Shown: one piece after another, positions 39,009-51,995 of the stretch
Position numbering within the stretch: the stretch's first letter is position 1
Layout: the number at the start of each line of letters is the position of its first letter
Program-made: the position numbers and the translations under genes
NCBI GenBank assembly: GCA_039545335.1
Contig: BCIN01000007.1
Span: 930,001-994,000, forward strand
Direction of reading: 5' to 3'
DNA length: 64,000 nucleotides
Origin: Kondoa subrosea
Taxonomy: Eukaryota
Notes under the pieces: model-generated
Told to the model about the DNA's origin: nothing
Seen by the model: only the letters and a program-made list of their open reading frames with translations
Database searches by the model: none

Positions 39009-41166
39009 ATGGACTCCAATCATTATCGCAAGCTAGATGCACCTGAAGATTTAGGGAAGGACTCCTCCTTCAAACTTCCTCCATATGCTTTCAATCTGCC
39101 TAGAAATCTCAGACTGCCCGTAGCTGTAGCTGCTGTATTCTTGCTTGTCATTGCTGTCTGGCACTATGCTGCCTCCTCTACGTCGCGATCTACTCAGCTG
39201 GTGCAATTCAAATCAGTACAAGATTGGTTGAAGCAAGACGGTGGGAAAGCGCTCTCAGTTGAAGCCGTTTTCGAAGAAAGAATAGCGGCATGGAACTCTA
39301 CTCCATCGCATAACACTACAGACTATATGTTGTCCAATTTCAAACATTGCTCTGCTTCGACTTCACGAGGAGGAGTGCGTTATCTAAGCTGCTTTCTGTC
39401 ATTTTTCTTCTCTTATGAATGTGTTAGTTCAATCATTGGTACTTTGGCGATGAATGGAAAGATACTTTGAAGAATCATAGCTTCATTCAAGATACTCGAA
39501 ATGCTGCAATCAATCATCTTAGTGAACTTCACGTGAACGGCTCATTTGATGCTATCAATTCAGGGGAAGGGCGTGGAGTACTTATCGTAGCAGGCAATAC
39601 AGTAGGGACATTTAATATCTATCGAGTACCAGTTCTGAAAATTTGGCCAGAATACCTTTGCTCTGGCTCAAAGTACTATCCGTTTGTTAAGAGAAAGATA
39701 TTATTCGATTCTACCAGTAGAGATCTGGTCTTATCCTAGTGAAACACCTCCAACAGAATTCGTCGACTGGGCAAGTTTGCGCAATGTTACTTTCAAACAT
39801 GTCGAAGAGGATATCAGTCGAGATGATGATGCGCCGGAAGATTACAATTGGAAGTATAGAATCAAGACATTGGCTTTACTTCAGTCGTCTTTCCGAGAAA
39901 TATTGATGCTGGTGAGGAGAAGCTGTCAATCAGAGGGATAAAGCTGATGCTTTTCGGTCTGCACAGGACTCGGATGCTTTTCCTTTATTGGACCCTCAAA
40001 GCGCGGAAGGTGTGTTCAATGCGCCAGCCTACCGCAAACATGGGTTCATGCTTTGGTGCGAGATGATGCCATCCCTTCAGCTTAAAGCTCATGCATGTGT
40101 TACTCTTCTTGTACAGGCCCAATATATGGTATGTCTTTTCATGTCTGTTCAACAGTCAAACTCGTCGCGTGACCATCTAATAGGGATCTTTGGGTGTGTC
40201 GAGGTGCAAAAATTCCATACTATCATCTGATTTATACGTTTTAGGCCGAAATGCCGCTCTGGCAAATCATAGGTGTTCCTTGCAGACGAGAATTCATGGT
40301 CGACTCTTCTGTCCTCTTAGTCGATAAAGCTCGTCATTTGGATACCCTCTATCTCTCGCTATACATCCAATCAGCTGGCTTTCCTTGGAATACTTTCACC
40401 TATGGGGATTGCGATAGTTTCCGGTTCGCTTTACTCGCACTGAGGAAACGCTGGGCTATACCTGGTAGACAAGCTGGTTTGAGTTCTTGGATCAACATAC
40501 CACAATTTTGTGGTCATACGCTATTGCATTTCGTGCGTCCTCGTTCAACTCATACGCTGGTCACCTTAATCGATACAATCGTTCACAGGACCACTTTGGC
40601 AAACCAGCTTTCATTCATGCTTTATCCGTCAAACAATTCAAATCAAAACAGATTCATCCTTTCACTCCAGGTCCAGCAGGTTCGGTATGGGGAATCAGTC
40701 GAACAGGACCCTTGGGATCTTTGAACGGAACAGCGGAAGCGGACGATTTGATCAATGTCGATGTATTCGGGAACGCGCTGTCACCGCATGAAGAAATGAG
40801 AAGGAGAGCTGCTTTGGAAAGAGGGTTCAGTTATCGATATGGGGGTGGATTACCTCCTCCTCAGCAACATTTCGGTTGGTCTTGTGTTTTATCGAGGTGA
40901 ACACAAACTGAATACAAGTTGCGGATCGCAGAAGCTTGTTTGCACTTGGATTTCAAAGATCATAGAACAGCAGAAGAGAAAGAGATCTCTCAATGGATTT
41001 CGCTTGATACAAAGAAACAAATTGAAACTGGTCAATTAGTTCCTGAATCGGAATTCGATGGTTCGGATGAAGCTTACTCGTATCAATGGGATACTATACT
41101 TTGGGAAGATGATGAGCGGTTGAAAGACTTTGAAGAGAGTTACTGGAGGACTGGTGGTGTGCTATA
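39009..41166 (+). CDS. GT71-family alpha-mannosyltransferase (Mnn2/Mnn1-like)
   Basis: Type II TM anchor, GRGVLIVAG, LPVEIW, IKTLALLQSSFREILML|DSDAFP (DxD) and YGDCDSFRFA. Confidence 0.85.
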
Positions 41167-41253
41167 GTTTGGGTTCCAGTTTGGACAATCCGGCAAGGAA
41201 GTCTAAGAGCCTGACTTCCAGAGATAGGTACGCCATGTAGCCGGTGTATCTTT

Positions 41254-42617
41254 TCAACGCTTACCCAGAGCGAACAGCCAGCTTCTTAGAAAGTCATTGT
41301 CAATAGGAAGGAGAAGAACTTCAGCTGCTTGGCGAAGATTTGGCAATCTTGTGGTGAGTCTTTTATACATCTGCTCAGGCTCCACAATATGCTCAGTCTT
41401 GTCTGTAGCTTGGCGCAAAAACTGCGACGTGAGTGAATGAAGAGGTGACATCATGTTGTTTGAGAAGCTTGCAATGCGCTATCCGCTGCTTTACCTAGGC
41501 CAAAGCAAGCGTTCGCATACTATTCAACTATTGTATAATTGCATGTCCATTGTTGTTTGCTCCGGAGCCCAGACTCTGTTCGTCATTTCGAAGAGAGGCT
41601 CGACTGTGTAGAAGTTTCGACTCTTGATTTTGACCGCCATTTTCTTGAACTCGCTCAGCTATACCCATAATGGTTTCTGGTAAGTAGCAAGTTGCATTAG
41701 CACGCCTGTGCTGACTGTGCTTACAGAAAGAGTCATCAAAGTTGGTCAAAACAAACAAACTCGTTCTGCTTAGCTGATTCTAGCGCTCGTCTCAAGCTTG
41801 TGCACTTCCCAGTAAACTCTTATCTCCTGTCACTGGGACCCTGGCTCACGGATTGACAGCTCTTCGTCCTCTTAACGCTATGTTCCATCATTTCGCTCGC
41901 AATTGCAAGCAGTGTTGTCTCGAGATGGAATGAACTTGTATGCCTTTCAACACTTTGCGCTCTCGTATTTATGCCATTACAAGAATAATCCGGAAGGGTC
42001 GGCTTTGCGCGACAGATCTCGCATCGCATTAGTAGCAGCGTGAGCAGTTTTGCCAAAACATAGGGATTTCTGCTGATACTTGCTTTCATCGCAGCCTATG
42101 GCTGGTGTGTCTCTTTCCTCATCATATACCCGACCGATCGCTGAATTTCTGCGTAGACCGTCTTTGGAATATACCTCACTGTCGGAGTTCTTCTCAAACC
42201 AACGGCCAGGATCTTCGGCATGTCAGTGATATTGTGTTACTTCGGGTTATATTGCTGATCAATGATACAGTCTCGTTCACCTCGTCGCGCTTCTCATTGG
42301 CTTCATCCTCTTCCTCATCGCTGCCGCAAGTTTGACTGCCAGACTTCGCGGAACAGACTGTGGCAATGTGACATGGCCTAGATGTAATGTGAGCTGTCAA
42401 TCATAAGGAGAGCTCTATGTATGCTGATTTTGAATGGCCGCAGATCGCCAAAGGGTGCGTATACCATCGAGATTTTACTCCGACTGCTCAGTGCGATCCT
42501 TTCTAGACTGGAGATCATGTCATGGATCACAACAGTCTTTTCCCTAATTGCGTTGGCGTTCGTATTCGCTATTGGAGTAAAAGCGAGATCTGGGTAAGTA
42601 AATTGCGCTACTCCCAT
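41254..42617 (-). CDS. Possible lineage-specific spliced gene of unknown function
   Basis: Successive minus-strand open segments separated by intron-sized gaps. No motif recognised, and the boundaries are uncertain. Confidence 0.25.
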
Positions 42618-42813
42618 TGCTTCGTCTGACGGGCTTTATTATTATTATCACGATAGACTGGGCATGCGCAAGAGTAGTAAGTCGCGCTCATATCACTTGG
42701 TCTCCGATATCTGACCATTTCGCAGCTCTCATCGACGCATAAATCACCTCGCATCGGACAATTCCCAGCAACGAGTATCGTATCCTTATTATATTTATCA
42801 TACTTCAGTAATA

Positions 42814-44330
42814 TTACGCTTTCATTGACGCCCAATCTCTGGGATATGTAACAGCATCTAATAGATCTTTTTCTCTCGATCCTTCTACTGTTCCTATCTC
42901 GGGCATATATTCCCATCTTGCGGCTAACGGCAAACTCATCAAAATGCTCTCGATTCTCGCTCCAGGCGTTCTCAGGCCAAATGATGTTCCTCTGTCGTAA
43001 ATCAGATTGAACTCCGCATATTTCCCCTTTGTCCATGTTTTAGCCAGTGTGCCGAGCATACAGAACTAAACTCACCCTTCTTATCCCTTGCCAACGTTTC
43101 TCTTCTTGTCCAAATGGCATACTCAGCCTCTTGCGAATGATGGGTTCATAAGCAGGCAAGAAAGCTTCCCCACAAGTTCGAGCTAAAGCAAAGATTTCTT
43201 CCTGATCATGTTCTGCACCTAAATCATCGAAAAAGATTCCACCAATCCCTCTCATTTCATTGTTTCGATGTTTGATTCTGAAATAATCGTCGCACCATTT
43301 CTTGAATCGAGGGTAGTAAGAGAGATCATGAGCGTCACAAGCTTGTTTGTATGTAGAGTGGAAATGAGTTGCGTCTTCTGAGAAAAGGTAAGAAGGGGTT
43401 AGATCGGTTCCTCCGCCAAACCACCAAGTTGCTGGTTGACCTGGATTAGCTGGATCTTCTACCCTGATGATCTGATACTTTAGCAGTGTTGCATTCGATG
43501 CGCGTGATCAACATACTCAAAGTAGCGATAGTTGAAATGTACTGTCGGTGCATATGGATTTCGGGGATGGATGACTGACGAGATCCCACAAGCGAAGAAA
43601 GGTAACGGGGTCTTCTCGTCATACCAGCTCTACGTCCTCCTCTCATCCTCAGTTCCACTCCTCTTTAGATGGGAACAGACTTACAAACTTTCCACCATGA
43701 TCCGCTCGCATTGCTTTCACAGCAGCAGGTGGTAAAGTTCCATGAACAACACTAACATTGACCCCAGCTTTCTCAAACACTTGACCATCTTGCAGAACGC
43801 ATGAAATACCTTCACCACCTTCTTTCCTCAACCAACTGTCTCTTAGGAAGGTAGCAGGAGGATGTTTTAATTCAGTAGAAGCAGTAGAAGAAGTGATTGC
43901 GTTGGGAGAAGATTCGATTTCTTGCAATTGAGTTACTAAGCGTGTTTGAAGTGATTTCACCCATGAAGACATTCGAGTTCGCATTGGTAAAAGAGGATCA
44001 TCGTATTCTGGATTAGGAGGAGAAGGAAAAGGTGATTTCTGCCTTACATTCAGCTTCATAGCTCAAGCGATAGAGGAAGACATACTATGCTTGATTGACT
44101 TGCAGGTGATTCTAGCTGAAGAGGTTCGCGCTGTTGAAGTAGTTCAGCAGACGCAAGCGTCCCGAAGTGAGACTCACTTTTAGAAGTACAGCTACAGCTA
44201 CGATAGAGCCAAAAGCGAGCGGCACAGCGCTGAACCAGAAAGTCGTATTTTGGGTATTAGCAGTAGACAGCCCTCGTCTATTGATCTGATGCCTGACAGG
44301 CCTTGCAATCAATGTTGGAAGTCGCTGCAT
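42814..44330 (-). CDS. HEM13: Oxygen-dependent coproporphyrinogen III oxidase
   Basis: [51 protein letters not shown] and [29 protein letters not shown]. Confidence 0.97.
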
Positions 44331-44968
44331 TGAAGCAGAGCCGGAGAAGATCTGTCTAAGGATTAATGTTTGGTGACTTCGTCACATCGGGATGAGACGC
44401 GAGTTTTGGCAATGGGTGTCACGCCGAGTCGCGTTCTCACGTTATCCTTGCAGGCTCTTATTTATCGATACATTACACATACATGATGAAGATGAATCGA
44501 GCACAATTACATCAACTGAAAGAAGCAGCGGAAGGCGAAAGATCATTACTTGATTCGGGAATCTCTGACTTCATTGTACTAAAATGGCGAGCCTGAATTA
44601 CGAAAACAATAAGAACAACATTACATCTGATGAGTTGGAGAGAAAGCTCACGACATAACACAAAGATCTGTAACGTCTTACATCTTCTGTGGTATCGCAG
44701 GACTGCCATGGTATCATCTCCTACCTCTCTTGCATCCTCTAGGCTTCGAAATACTGATATCAAATGATCCGGTGTATAAATCCAAAAGAAGAAGGGATAT
44801 CCAGGGTACTGCAATTTCATGATATCTTTGCTCAGGATATCGTTGTAGACGGATACAGCTATATTGATGCTCAGAAAGCGCGTGGACAGCAGCTGTGAGG
44901 TTCCATCGATTCAGTATCAGTAGAAATCAATATAAATCTTGCTCACATATAGGACGCCTCGAGTGCTT

Positions 44969-45892
44969 TCAACTCCATCTCAAGCTCAGTCCTCTCAAAC
45001 CAGCAAGAGCTTCCATTTGCATTCTGAACCAAGCTCCCCTTATACCCCAAACCTCATCATTGTGTCCTTCAATTTCCTCATGCCGTTTGCTCTCAATCCC
45101 TTCATCCATATCCATATTCACATCAGATTGCGCTTCTGATGGTTGATATGTTTTAGCGATGACCAACTCTTGTAGACTAGCCAAACAATTTAGGTTTTGT
45201 AAAGACAGGTAGAAATGAGTTTGAGGAATATCAGTCGATCCATAGATATGAAGCGACCGGAGAGAAGATGGTAAAGAATTGAGGAAAGTGGTATTGAAGA
45301 CGACTTGATCCACGTGTAGCTCTTGTAGATTCGTACATGTGCTCAGGAGAAGATTGAGCTTCGAAGCAAGTATAGGTTGGGAAGGGTATTGAGCTATTCT
45401 GATAGTTTGAACGAGGTTTGCTAATGCTGGAGATCTGAGTAGGAAAAGCAAGTGATGTGTGGGTGCAGAAATATGTACGGAAGCTCCGCAGAAGAGGAAC
45501 TTGCGAATCACCTGCAATGCTTTGGCCGTTGTCTTCTCGCACAAGACGGGTCTAGTGCATGTCAGAGACAGACGATAGATGGAACCTCTGAGTTCTTGGC
45601 GAGCTTGTAATGTCCTGGCTAGCCTGACCAAGGTTGAATCAACCTGACAAAACAGGAGTCTTTGCTGTTCTGCCATACCGGGTCCGATGGTATATGTTCG
45701 CTTCCGCAGATTATCATAGGCTTCATTGGTATAGTCTACTGTGATGTCCCAATACAGAAGTCTGAACGCGAGCTGTGCCCAGAGCTTGTTCACCAAGCAA
45801 AGAGATCGGAGTGTCTTCTGCCTGTCTGGCCAGCCTGCCACTTCTGCTATGATCATAGCGCTGCATTCAGCTGGTAAATTCGAGATGTGCAT
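44969..45892 (-). CDS. F-box-like / RNI-like protein
   Basis: ISNLPAECSAMII...LRSLCLVNKLWAQLAFRLLYWDI F-box-like motif, plus CTNLQELHV and LPSSLRSLHI repeats. Confidence 0.65.
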   Translation of the reverse strand: MHISNLPAECSAMIIAEVAGWPDRQKTLRSLCLVNKLWAQLAFRLLYWDITVDYTNEAYDNLRKRTYTIGPGMAEQQRLLFCQVDSTLVRLARTLQARQELRGSIYRLSLTCTRPVLCEKTTAKALQVIRKFLFCGASVHISAPTHHLLFLLRSPALANLVQTIRIAQYPSQPILASKLNLLLSTCTNLQELHVDQVVFNTTFLNSLPSSLRSLHIYGSTDIPQTHFYLSLQNLNCLASLQELVIAKTYQPSEAQSDVNMDMDEGIESKRHEEIEGHNDEVWGIRGAWFRMQMEALAGLRGLSLRWS

Positions 45893-46460
45893 GTTTGCCG
45901 TTCGAGAACAACAGTCAGCACCATGTTTCGAGATATCTCTCCTCTCGAGCCTTTCTTATGCTACGCGCTAATAATACTCTCCAATGCTGCACTGGAGGAT
46001 CTACGCAGCTTACGACTCAGCTTTCTGACCGCTGTCTCAATTGATTCATTGCGCAGGGTCAAGCTATCTCTATGCAGACAGCCTTTGCTTCCACTGTAAC
46101 TGTATTGCTAGAAGATGGCCTATACGACTGCACGATGCTTTCCGTGTGGCCTCGTACCCCTTCTTGATTTCTTGCTTCAGAACTCTCGCTTCCGTCAATT
46201 TTGACCGAGATCATGTGTGGTCATCTAGAAAGTCTGCGCACGAATATCCTATCACACTTGCGGCGCAGATTCATCGGAGATTTCCGCTTTTCTCTCGTGG
46301 TTACCGGCTGTCAGATGTCGTAAAACGAATTCCATCGGGAGACTAGGCATGTATACACACTAGCAGTAAGTCCTGAAAGAATGTCTGGGCATTCTTCTTT
46401 TTCTTCATACTGTACAACTCTGCATTCTTTCTCCTTTGCCTCTTCAAAAGTACGATAGTC

Positions 46461-48233
46461 ATGTCAGGTTTGCCAGATGCAGCAATCAAATCGCTTGGAG
46501 CCCGTTTCGTTGGCTGTGGGTCTTTTCCTCCGAGCCTATTTATGTCTAGCTGATTGGCGAACAGATATAACGAGCTCGGCATTAGAAAGTACTTCATGCC
46601 TGCCACTTCCATCGGGCAACTACTAAATGAATCTCGTTGTTCCAGGTGTCATCCTTGTGAGCCTTTCACCTCATTCTATACGTGGAGCATTATTGACAGC
46701 TTTCTGATAGTCGCTGGCTTGGCAAGTAGGTGCATCTATCAGGGATGCATGCGAGGTCTCATCGTCGACGATAGTATTACTATCACTTCAATAGTCAGTC
46801 ACGCAACATTCCTCGATCCATCTCTCTAATCTTTCCTGCGTGACCAGGTGTCGACCAAAGATGGCTGCAAATGCTGGTTGGCTGGGTCGTTGCTTTAACC
46901 CTTGCCAATACGATAGCCAATTGTATGGCGGTCTATGACATTCATGTCACTCACTGGCTGGATGTTTCTTACTTCGGGTACCTTTCAATGCTCTGTGGTA
47001 TAAAGATGTGTGCTAAAGAAGGATTGGCTTGGCAGTTATCTACCACCGTATGTTGCTAGAGCTTTTACCCAACTCATAGTGATGTGAGTATAGATCTTTG
47101 GCTGTTGATCCGACATTCAATGGGTACGTTGCAAGCTTAGGCGCTGGCAGAGTCTTCGCTAAACATCTTCGCAGATTGATCACCGCATGTGAGTGTGTAT
47201 ATAACAAGACAAACTAGACTCTGAGCTAGTCAGCAGCGGTGCAATTCTACTTCTGCCGTCGCTGCTATCTCTTCATGCCAAAGCATTCGATTCTCACCAA
47301 AGCTTTCGTTGGCATCACTGGACTTATTCTGTTGTGGATTGTAGCCGGAGGTGCTACTATTTCTTATTTGGCGTGGCCAAGGCCGAACGATGGCGGAGGT
47401 AAGGATCAGATCTGATTGCTTGGAGATAGCCATAACTAAGCATTGTCTTTCCTTCATCACAGTCACTGGTGTTTTAGCTGGAAGCATTCAAGGTTTATAC
47501 GCCGCGTGGCTATCAGCTTCAGTCTTTCTGGATGTCTTGGTCTCCAGTGTACTGCTTTTCCAGCTGTACAGCGCCCATGACCGCACGACATACGATGGGA
47601 CCAAAAATGTTATCATCAAAGCTGGTCTGATGGTCAGTAACAATTCCTTTTCGCTTCTCCGCTTAAGTAACTGGTTTATTGCTCAGATTATGAACACGTA
47701 CGCCTCTCTGCCTGTTTCTTGAATGCGTTCTCAATATGGCAACAGAGCTATTCTCGCTGCCGCTCTGCAGATTGCTGCGACCGTGCTCTTCTTTGCTCGG
47801 AAAGATGTACTTTTCGGTAGTGGTACATTGGTGCGGTCTCTCATTGTGTTTGCATTGACAGATTCTCTACTTTGCGGCGCTTTATGAAATCATCGCAAAG
47901 GTTTACTGCAGTTTGTAGCGATCTAAAAAGAAGCAAAGCTTTTCTAATACATTCTTCTGCAGTCTGCTTACTTATCCAGCTCGTGTCTCGTAAAGCTCCT
48001 TCGAACGGGACGTCTAGCTCGAAAGGGAGCAAAGTACGTAATCGAGCTGGTAACGGAAGGGATGAAGAAGTAAGCTCCTCCGCTGCATGCATGTGGCCGT
48101 TGCAACAATCTTACATCATCTCAATCAGCACACCGATAGACTTGCTCCTGTCTACAACTCCGACTGGAATGGCGGAATCAAAGTACATACAGCGACCATT
48201 GTCACCAAAGAGAAGGGGGAGGATAGTTTCTAG
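46461..48233 (+). CDS. Multi-pass membrane protein, DUF6534-like, tandem copy A (many microexons)
   Basis: MSGLPDAAIKSLGARFVG...YYYHFNSVDQRWLQMLV...VQFYFCRRC...WLSASVFLDVLVSSVLLFQL...KEKGEDSF*. The family assignment is by recall of the WL..s...DvlI pattern. Confidence 0.7.
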
Positions 48234-48812
48234 GACAGCCTGCTAGACTGAGTCGGTCACCTTCTCACCCATCTCCAATAAAGGCTCACTCTATTTCAGT
48301 ATCAAGCCCTTAGCCCTTGCATCTCCAGGCAGTGTCATAATTGTGCTGACTCAGCTGCATCTATCATGCATCGATCTCGCAGAAAATGCTATCCGACCGC
48401 TGATGGCTTGCCGGCATTCTGCGCTCTGACTACGATTTTGCGAGGACTTGGATACTTTATTGCGTGCTGGCTACGCGATCGCTGCTCCTCTATAGAGGCT
48501 CTATCTCCAATTCCTGAGTCTACGCTTGCTACTGGCCTGGTTATGTTTCTTTCCCATTGTTCCGATTTGTGCACACGCATCTATCGATTCTCGATTGTCT
48601 GAAATTACATTGGTACATAGAGCTACCCAAGCAGAGCCACCGTATGCATCTGAAGGGAGATGATGCGACCGCTTTGCTCTGTCTAATCCGGCCGGGAGCG
48701 CCCAAGAGGTCTATGCAGATGTCGCGGATCCTCAGAATATCTGGGCGAAATAGGACTACAGGCTTCTTCTCCTCCAACCAGTTCGCTCTGTTCTCTTTGT
48801 ATACAGCACAAA

Positions 48813-50706
48813 ATGTCAGCCCTACCACCCGCAGCCATGGAATCACTTGGAGCCCGTTTCGTTGGCTGTAAGTCGCTGCTTGAGCGCCTGTCGTTCCATT
48901 AGCTGACTCGATTGACAGACTTGACGAGCACTGCTCTGCAGAGTAAGTCTTCTGATCGATTCGATTTGCAAACCTACTGAATTGCCTTGTCTTGATCTCA
49001 GGCGTCGTTCTGGTGGGCCTCTTGACATAATCCACAGCTTTTGCAATGATAACAATGCTTGACAGTCATTGGCCTGGCATGTACGCGCTATCTATCGATT
49101 GCATGCTAGCTCTGATCACTAGGAATGCTACAGTATTACTATCATTTCAACAGTCAGTCATATAAGTTCGTTTGTGTCACGCCGCTTATCTATCTGCGGA
49201 ATCAGGTGTGGATCAGAGATGGTTACAGTACCTAGGTATATACACAGTGTCCACGAGACTGTTGGAAAACTCACTTCAGTGATTCCTAGTTGCATGGGTG
49301 ATTGCTTTAACCATGGGAAACACCCTGGCCAATTGTGTCGCGCTGTATGATATCCATGTTGCCCACTGGTTGGATATTACGTACCTCAGGTAAATTCCGA
49401 TCGCTTGATCTGGAAGACTATTGCTGAAGAGCAATGTTGCACAGTTATTTGCCACCGTACGTCTGTTCTGTACGTTTTGAGCTCGATCTGACCAGTATGT
49501 AGATCGCTTACCGTGGATCCGACTTTCAACGGGTGCGTCAGAAGCTGTCAAGGATCGGTTGAGCTTTCGCTAATCACCTCTACAGACTTATCACCGCTTG
49601 TAAGCATTAGTTGGGTTCCACTGGATTGGACCTGATCAAACGAGCAGCGGTCCAATTCTACTTTTGCCGTCGTTGCTACCTCTTTATGCCAAAGCAATCG
49701 GTCTTTACCAAGATCTTTATAGGCTTTGCGGGCCTTCTTTTGCTGTGGATCGTCGCTGGTGGTGCAACAATCTCTTATCTGGCTTGGCCCAGACCAGGAG
49801 ACGCGGGACGTAATTTGCCCCTTTACGATTGTTATACTCAGCGTTAACTGTCTATACGACTACAGTGGCTGGAATCTACGCCGGAAGAGTTCAAGGTGTA
49901 TATGCGGCTTGGCTATCAGGCTCAGTCTTCTTGGATGTCTTGGTCTCCAGCATTTTACTCTTTCAGCTTTACGATGCACATGATCGCACCACTTATGATG
50001 GTAAGGAGCATTATCATCAAAGCTGGGCTCATGGTCAGTAGAATTTGCTAAGTCGGTCTACATAGGTACAAGGAGCATTATCATCAAAGCTGGGCTCATG
50101 GTCAGTAGAATTTGCTAACTGCCAGTCTACATAGAATCAACTGAATGGCGTATGCTCAGATTATGAACACGTATGTTCCATTTATTTCATTCATCCGCTT
50201 AAGGTCACGGCTTCCTTGCAGAGCTATTGTTGCAGCCGCTTTACAGGTCACTGCGACCGTTCTCTTCTTTGCTCGAAAAGATGTTCGTTCTCGCAATTGT
50301 CTCGACCTCTCAAGACTGATATTTGTCACAAACAGGTTTTGTATTTTGCTGCGATCTACGAGATCATTGCGAAAACCTACTCTAGTAGGTCGCCGTTTGC
50401 TAACGAGCATGGTGTCATACTTATCCATTCTTGTTTAGTTTGTTTCCTCATTCAGCTCGTATCTCGCAAAGCACCTTCTGAGGCAACTTCTACCTCGAAA
50501 GGTACCAATGTAAGGAACCAAATTGGCATCGGAAGAGAGGAAGAAGTAAGCTCCTTCGCTGCCCATTCCTGTTTGTCACGCTCATCAGTATTTTTCGTCA
50601 GCACTCTGACAGACTCGCTCCTGTCTACACTCCTGACTGGAATAGCGGCATTCAAGTCCATACACAAACGATCGTACACAAAGAGAAAGAGGAAGATAGC
50701 TTCTAG
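48813..50706 (+). CDS. Multi-pass membrane protein, DUF6534-like, tandem copy B (two extra introns relative to copy A)
   Basis: MSALPPAAMESLGARFVG...WLSGSVFLDVLVSSILLFQL...KEKEEDSF*, colinear exon by exon with copy A. Confidence 0.7.
50001..50134 (+). repeat. Imperfect direct tandem duplication (65-nt and 69-nt units) spanning an exon-intron junction
   Basis: aaggagcattatcatcaaagctgggctcatggtcagtagaatttgctaa is present twice, and each unit ends gtctacatag. Confidence 0.95.
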
Positions 50707-51995
50707 CCTCTACTATCACGAGTTTGTCATCTCCTTTCTACACACAGTTCCAAGCTGAACTGATTCCGTCCGATAGATTCTGGTTGTGTCGGTATGTCAA
50801 CGTACGAGGCTTGACTCTTCTGCAAGATGGATGCAGTGGGTAGCAGTTGCACTTGTAATTGCATACAAATGTTGTTGTTTGTGCATCGTCGTTATATCTT
50901 GTTCGGGATATCGACAACATGTTATCTTGAACTTGTACGCATACAGATCGCGTCACATCTGGTCAGACCGGGGTGAGGGCGACCTTCTTCACTGTTTATC
51001 TTGCGGCTTTGATAAGGCAAACATCAATGAAAGCCTGATTTCTTTGCACAGAGTAGATACGAGAGGATACAGCTCCTACCAGAGTAATCGTTCACAAATC
51101 ATCATGCGGTAAGGTAAAGCCAATGGATTTGTGAAGGACTTGCTAGCGGAAGCCACTTCAACAGTCAATTTGATAAGATTCACACGAGATCAAGAGAAAA
51201 TCGAGACATGCTGGAAATGGGTCGTGAACTTTGATCGCCCAAAAGCAAGACATTTCATTTCTCTCGAACCGCAAAAAAACACCTCAACCTTGATCAGTAC
51301 CTGCTCCTGCGCTTGCGTTGCTGTTGTGGTGAACAGAATATTGTTGTGATTCTTTGCAAGCGAATGAAGAATGTGTAAACCAAGGTCGAGAAAAACCGCT
51401 TCGGAAGAATAAAGATGGCGCTGAAGAAGATATAGGGCGATCAAGAGGAAACTCGTGCTAGCCAGCCATCGCCTTTTGTATGACGCGCTATTGTTGTTGT
51501 TTGTTGGAAGCGACAGCTAGCGAGACGAGCCAATGACCCAGAAATTGCTAGACCGAATGTAGATCTTGACAACAGCGAAATAACGAGGTACGATAGATAA
51601 GAGGGATACTTCTGTGTCTTGACGTTGCCAAAATTGAAAGAGTAGGTTCGCGTGCCAACGCTTTCTCTTGTCTAGAGGGGTATAATAAACATATGAGACA
51701 GGACCGCTTAATGCCAACAAATATTCCCTGGTGATCTTGATGAAGTCGTACAGTAATTGAAAGATAATAATTGAGACCCAAAAAGCCAGATGAATGCAGC
51801 GAAAGAAGAAAAGGCAAGAGAAAGCGTTGACCGAGCGAGAATTTGTAGCATATGCCGAGAAGAAGTATTTCAGAGAAGAAGATAGGAGTGTGCTGTTGAG
51901 AAAGAACCATCGATCTGCCACTGGATGTTAAGCAATCTGTACTGCTGCAACAGATAGAATCACACACCCTTGAAAGCCGAACTCAAGCGGAATGC

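Noticed and set aside
51517..51967. Hydrophobic ORFs suggesting a membrane protein
   Set aside because: Non-ATG starts in T-rich sequence directly behind the DHH1 stop, best explained as 3' UTR.
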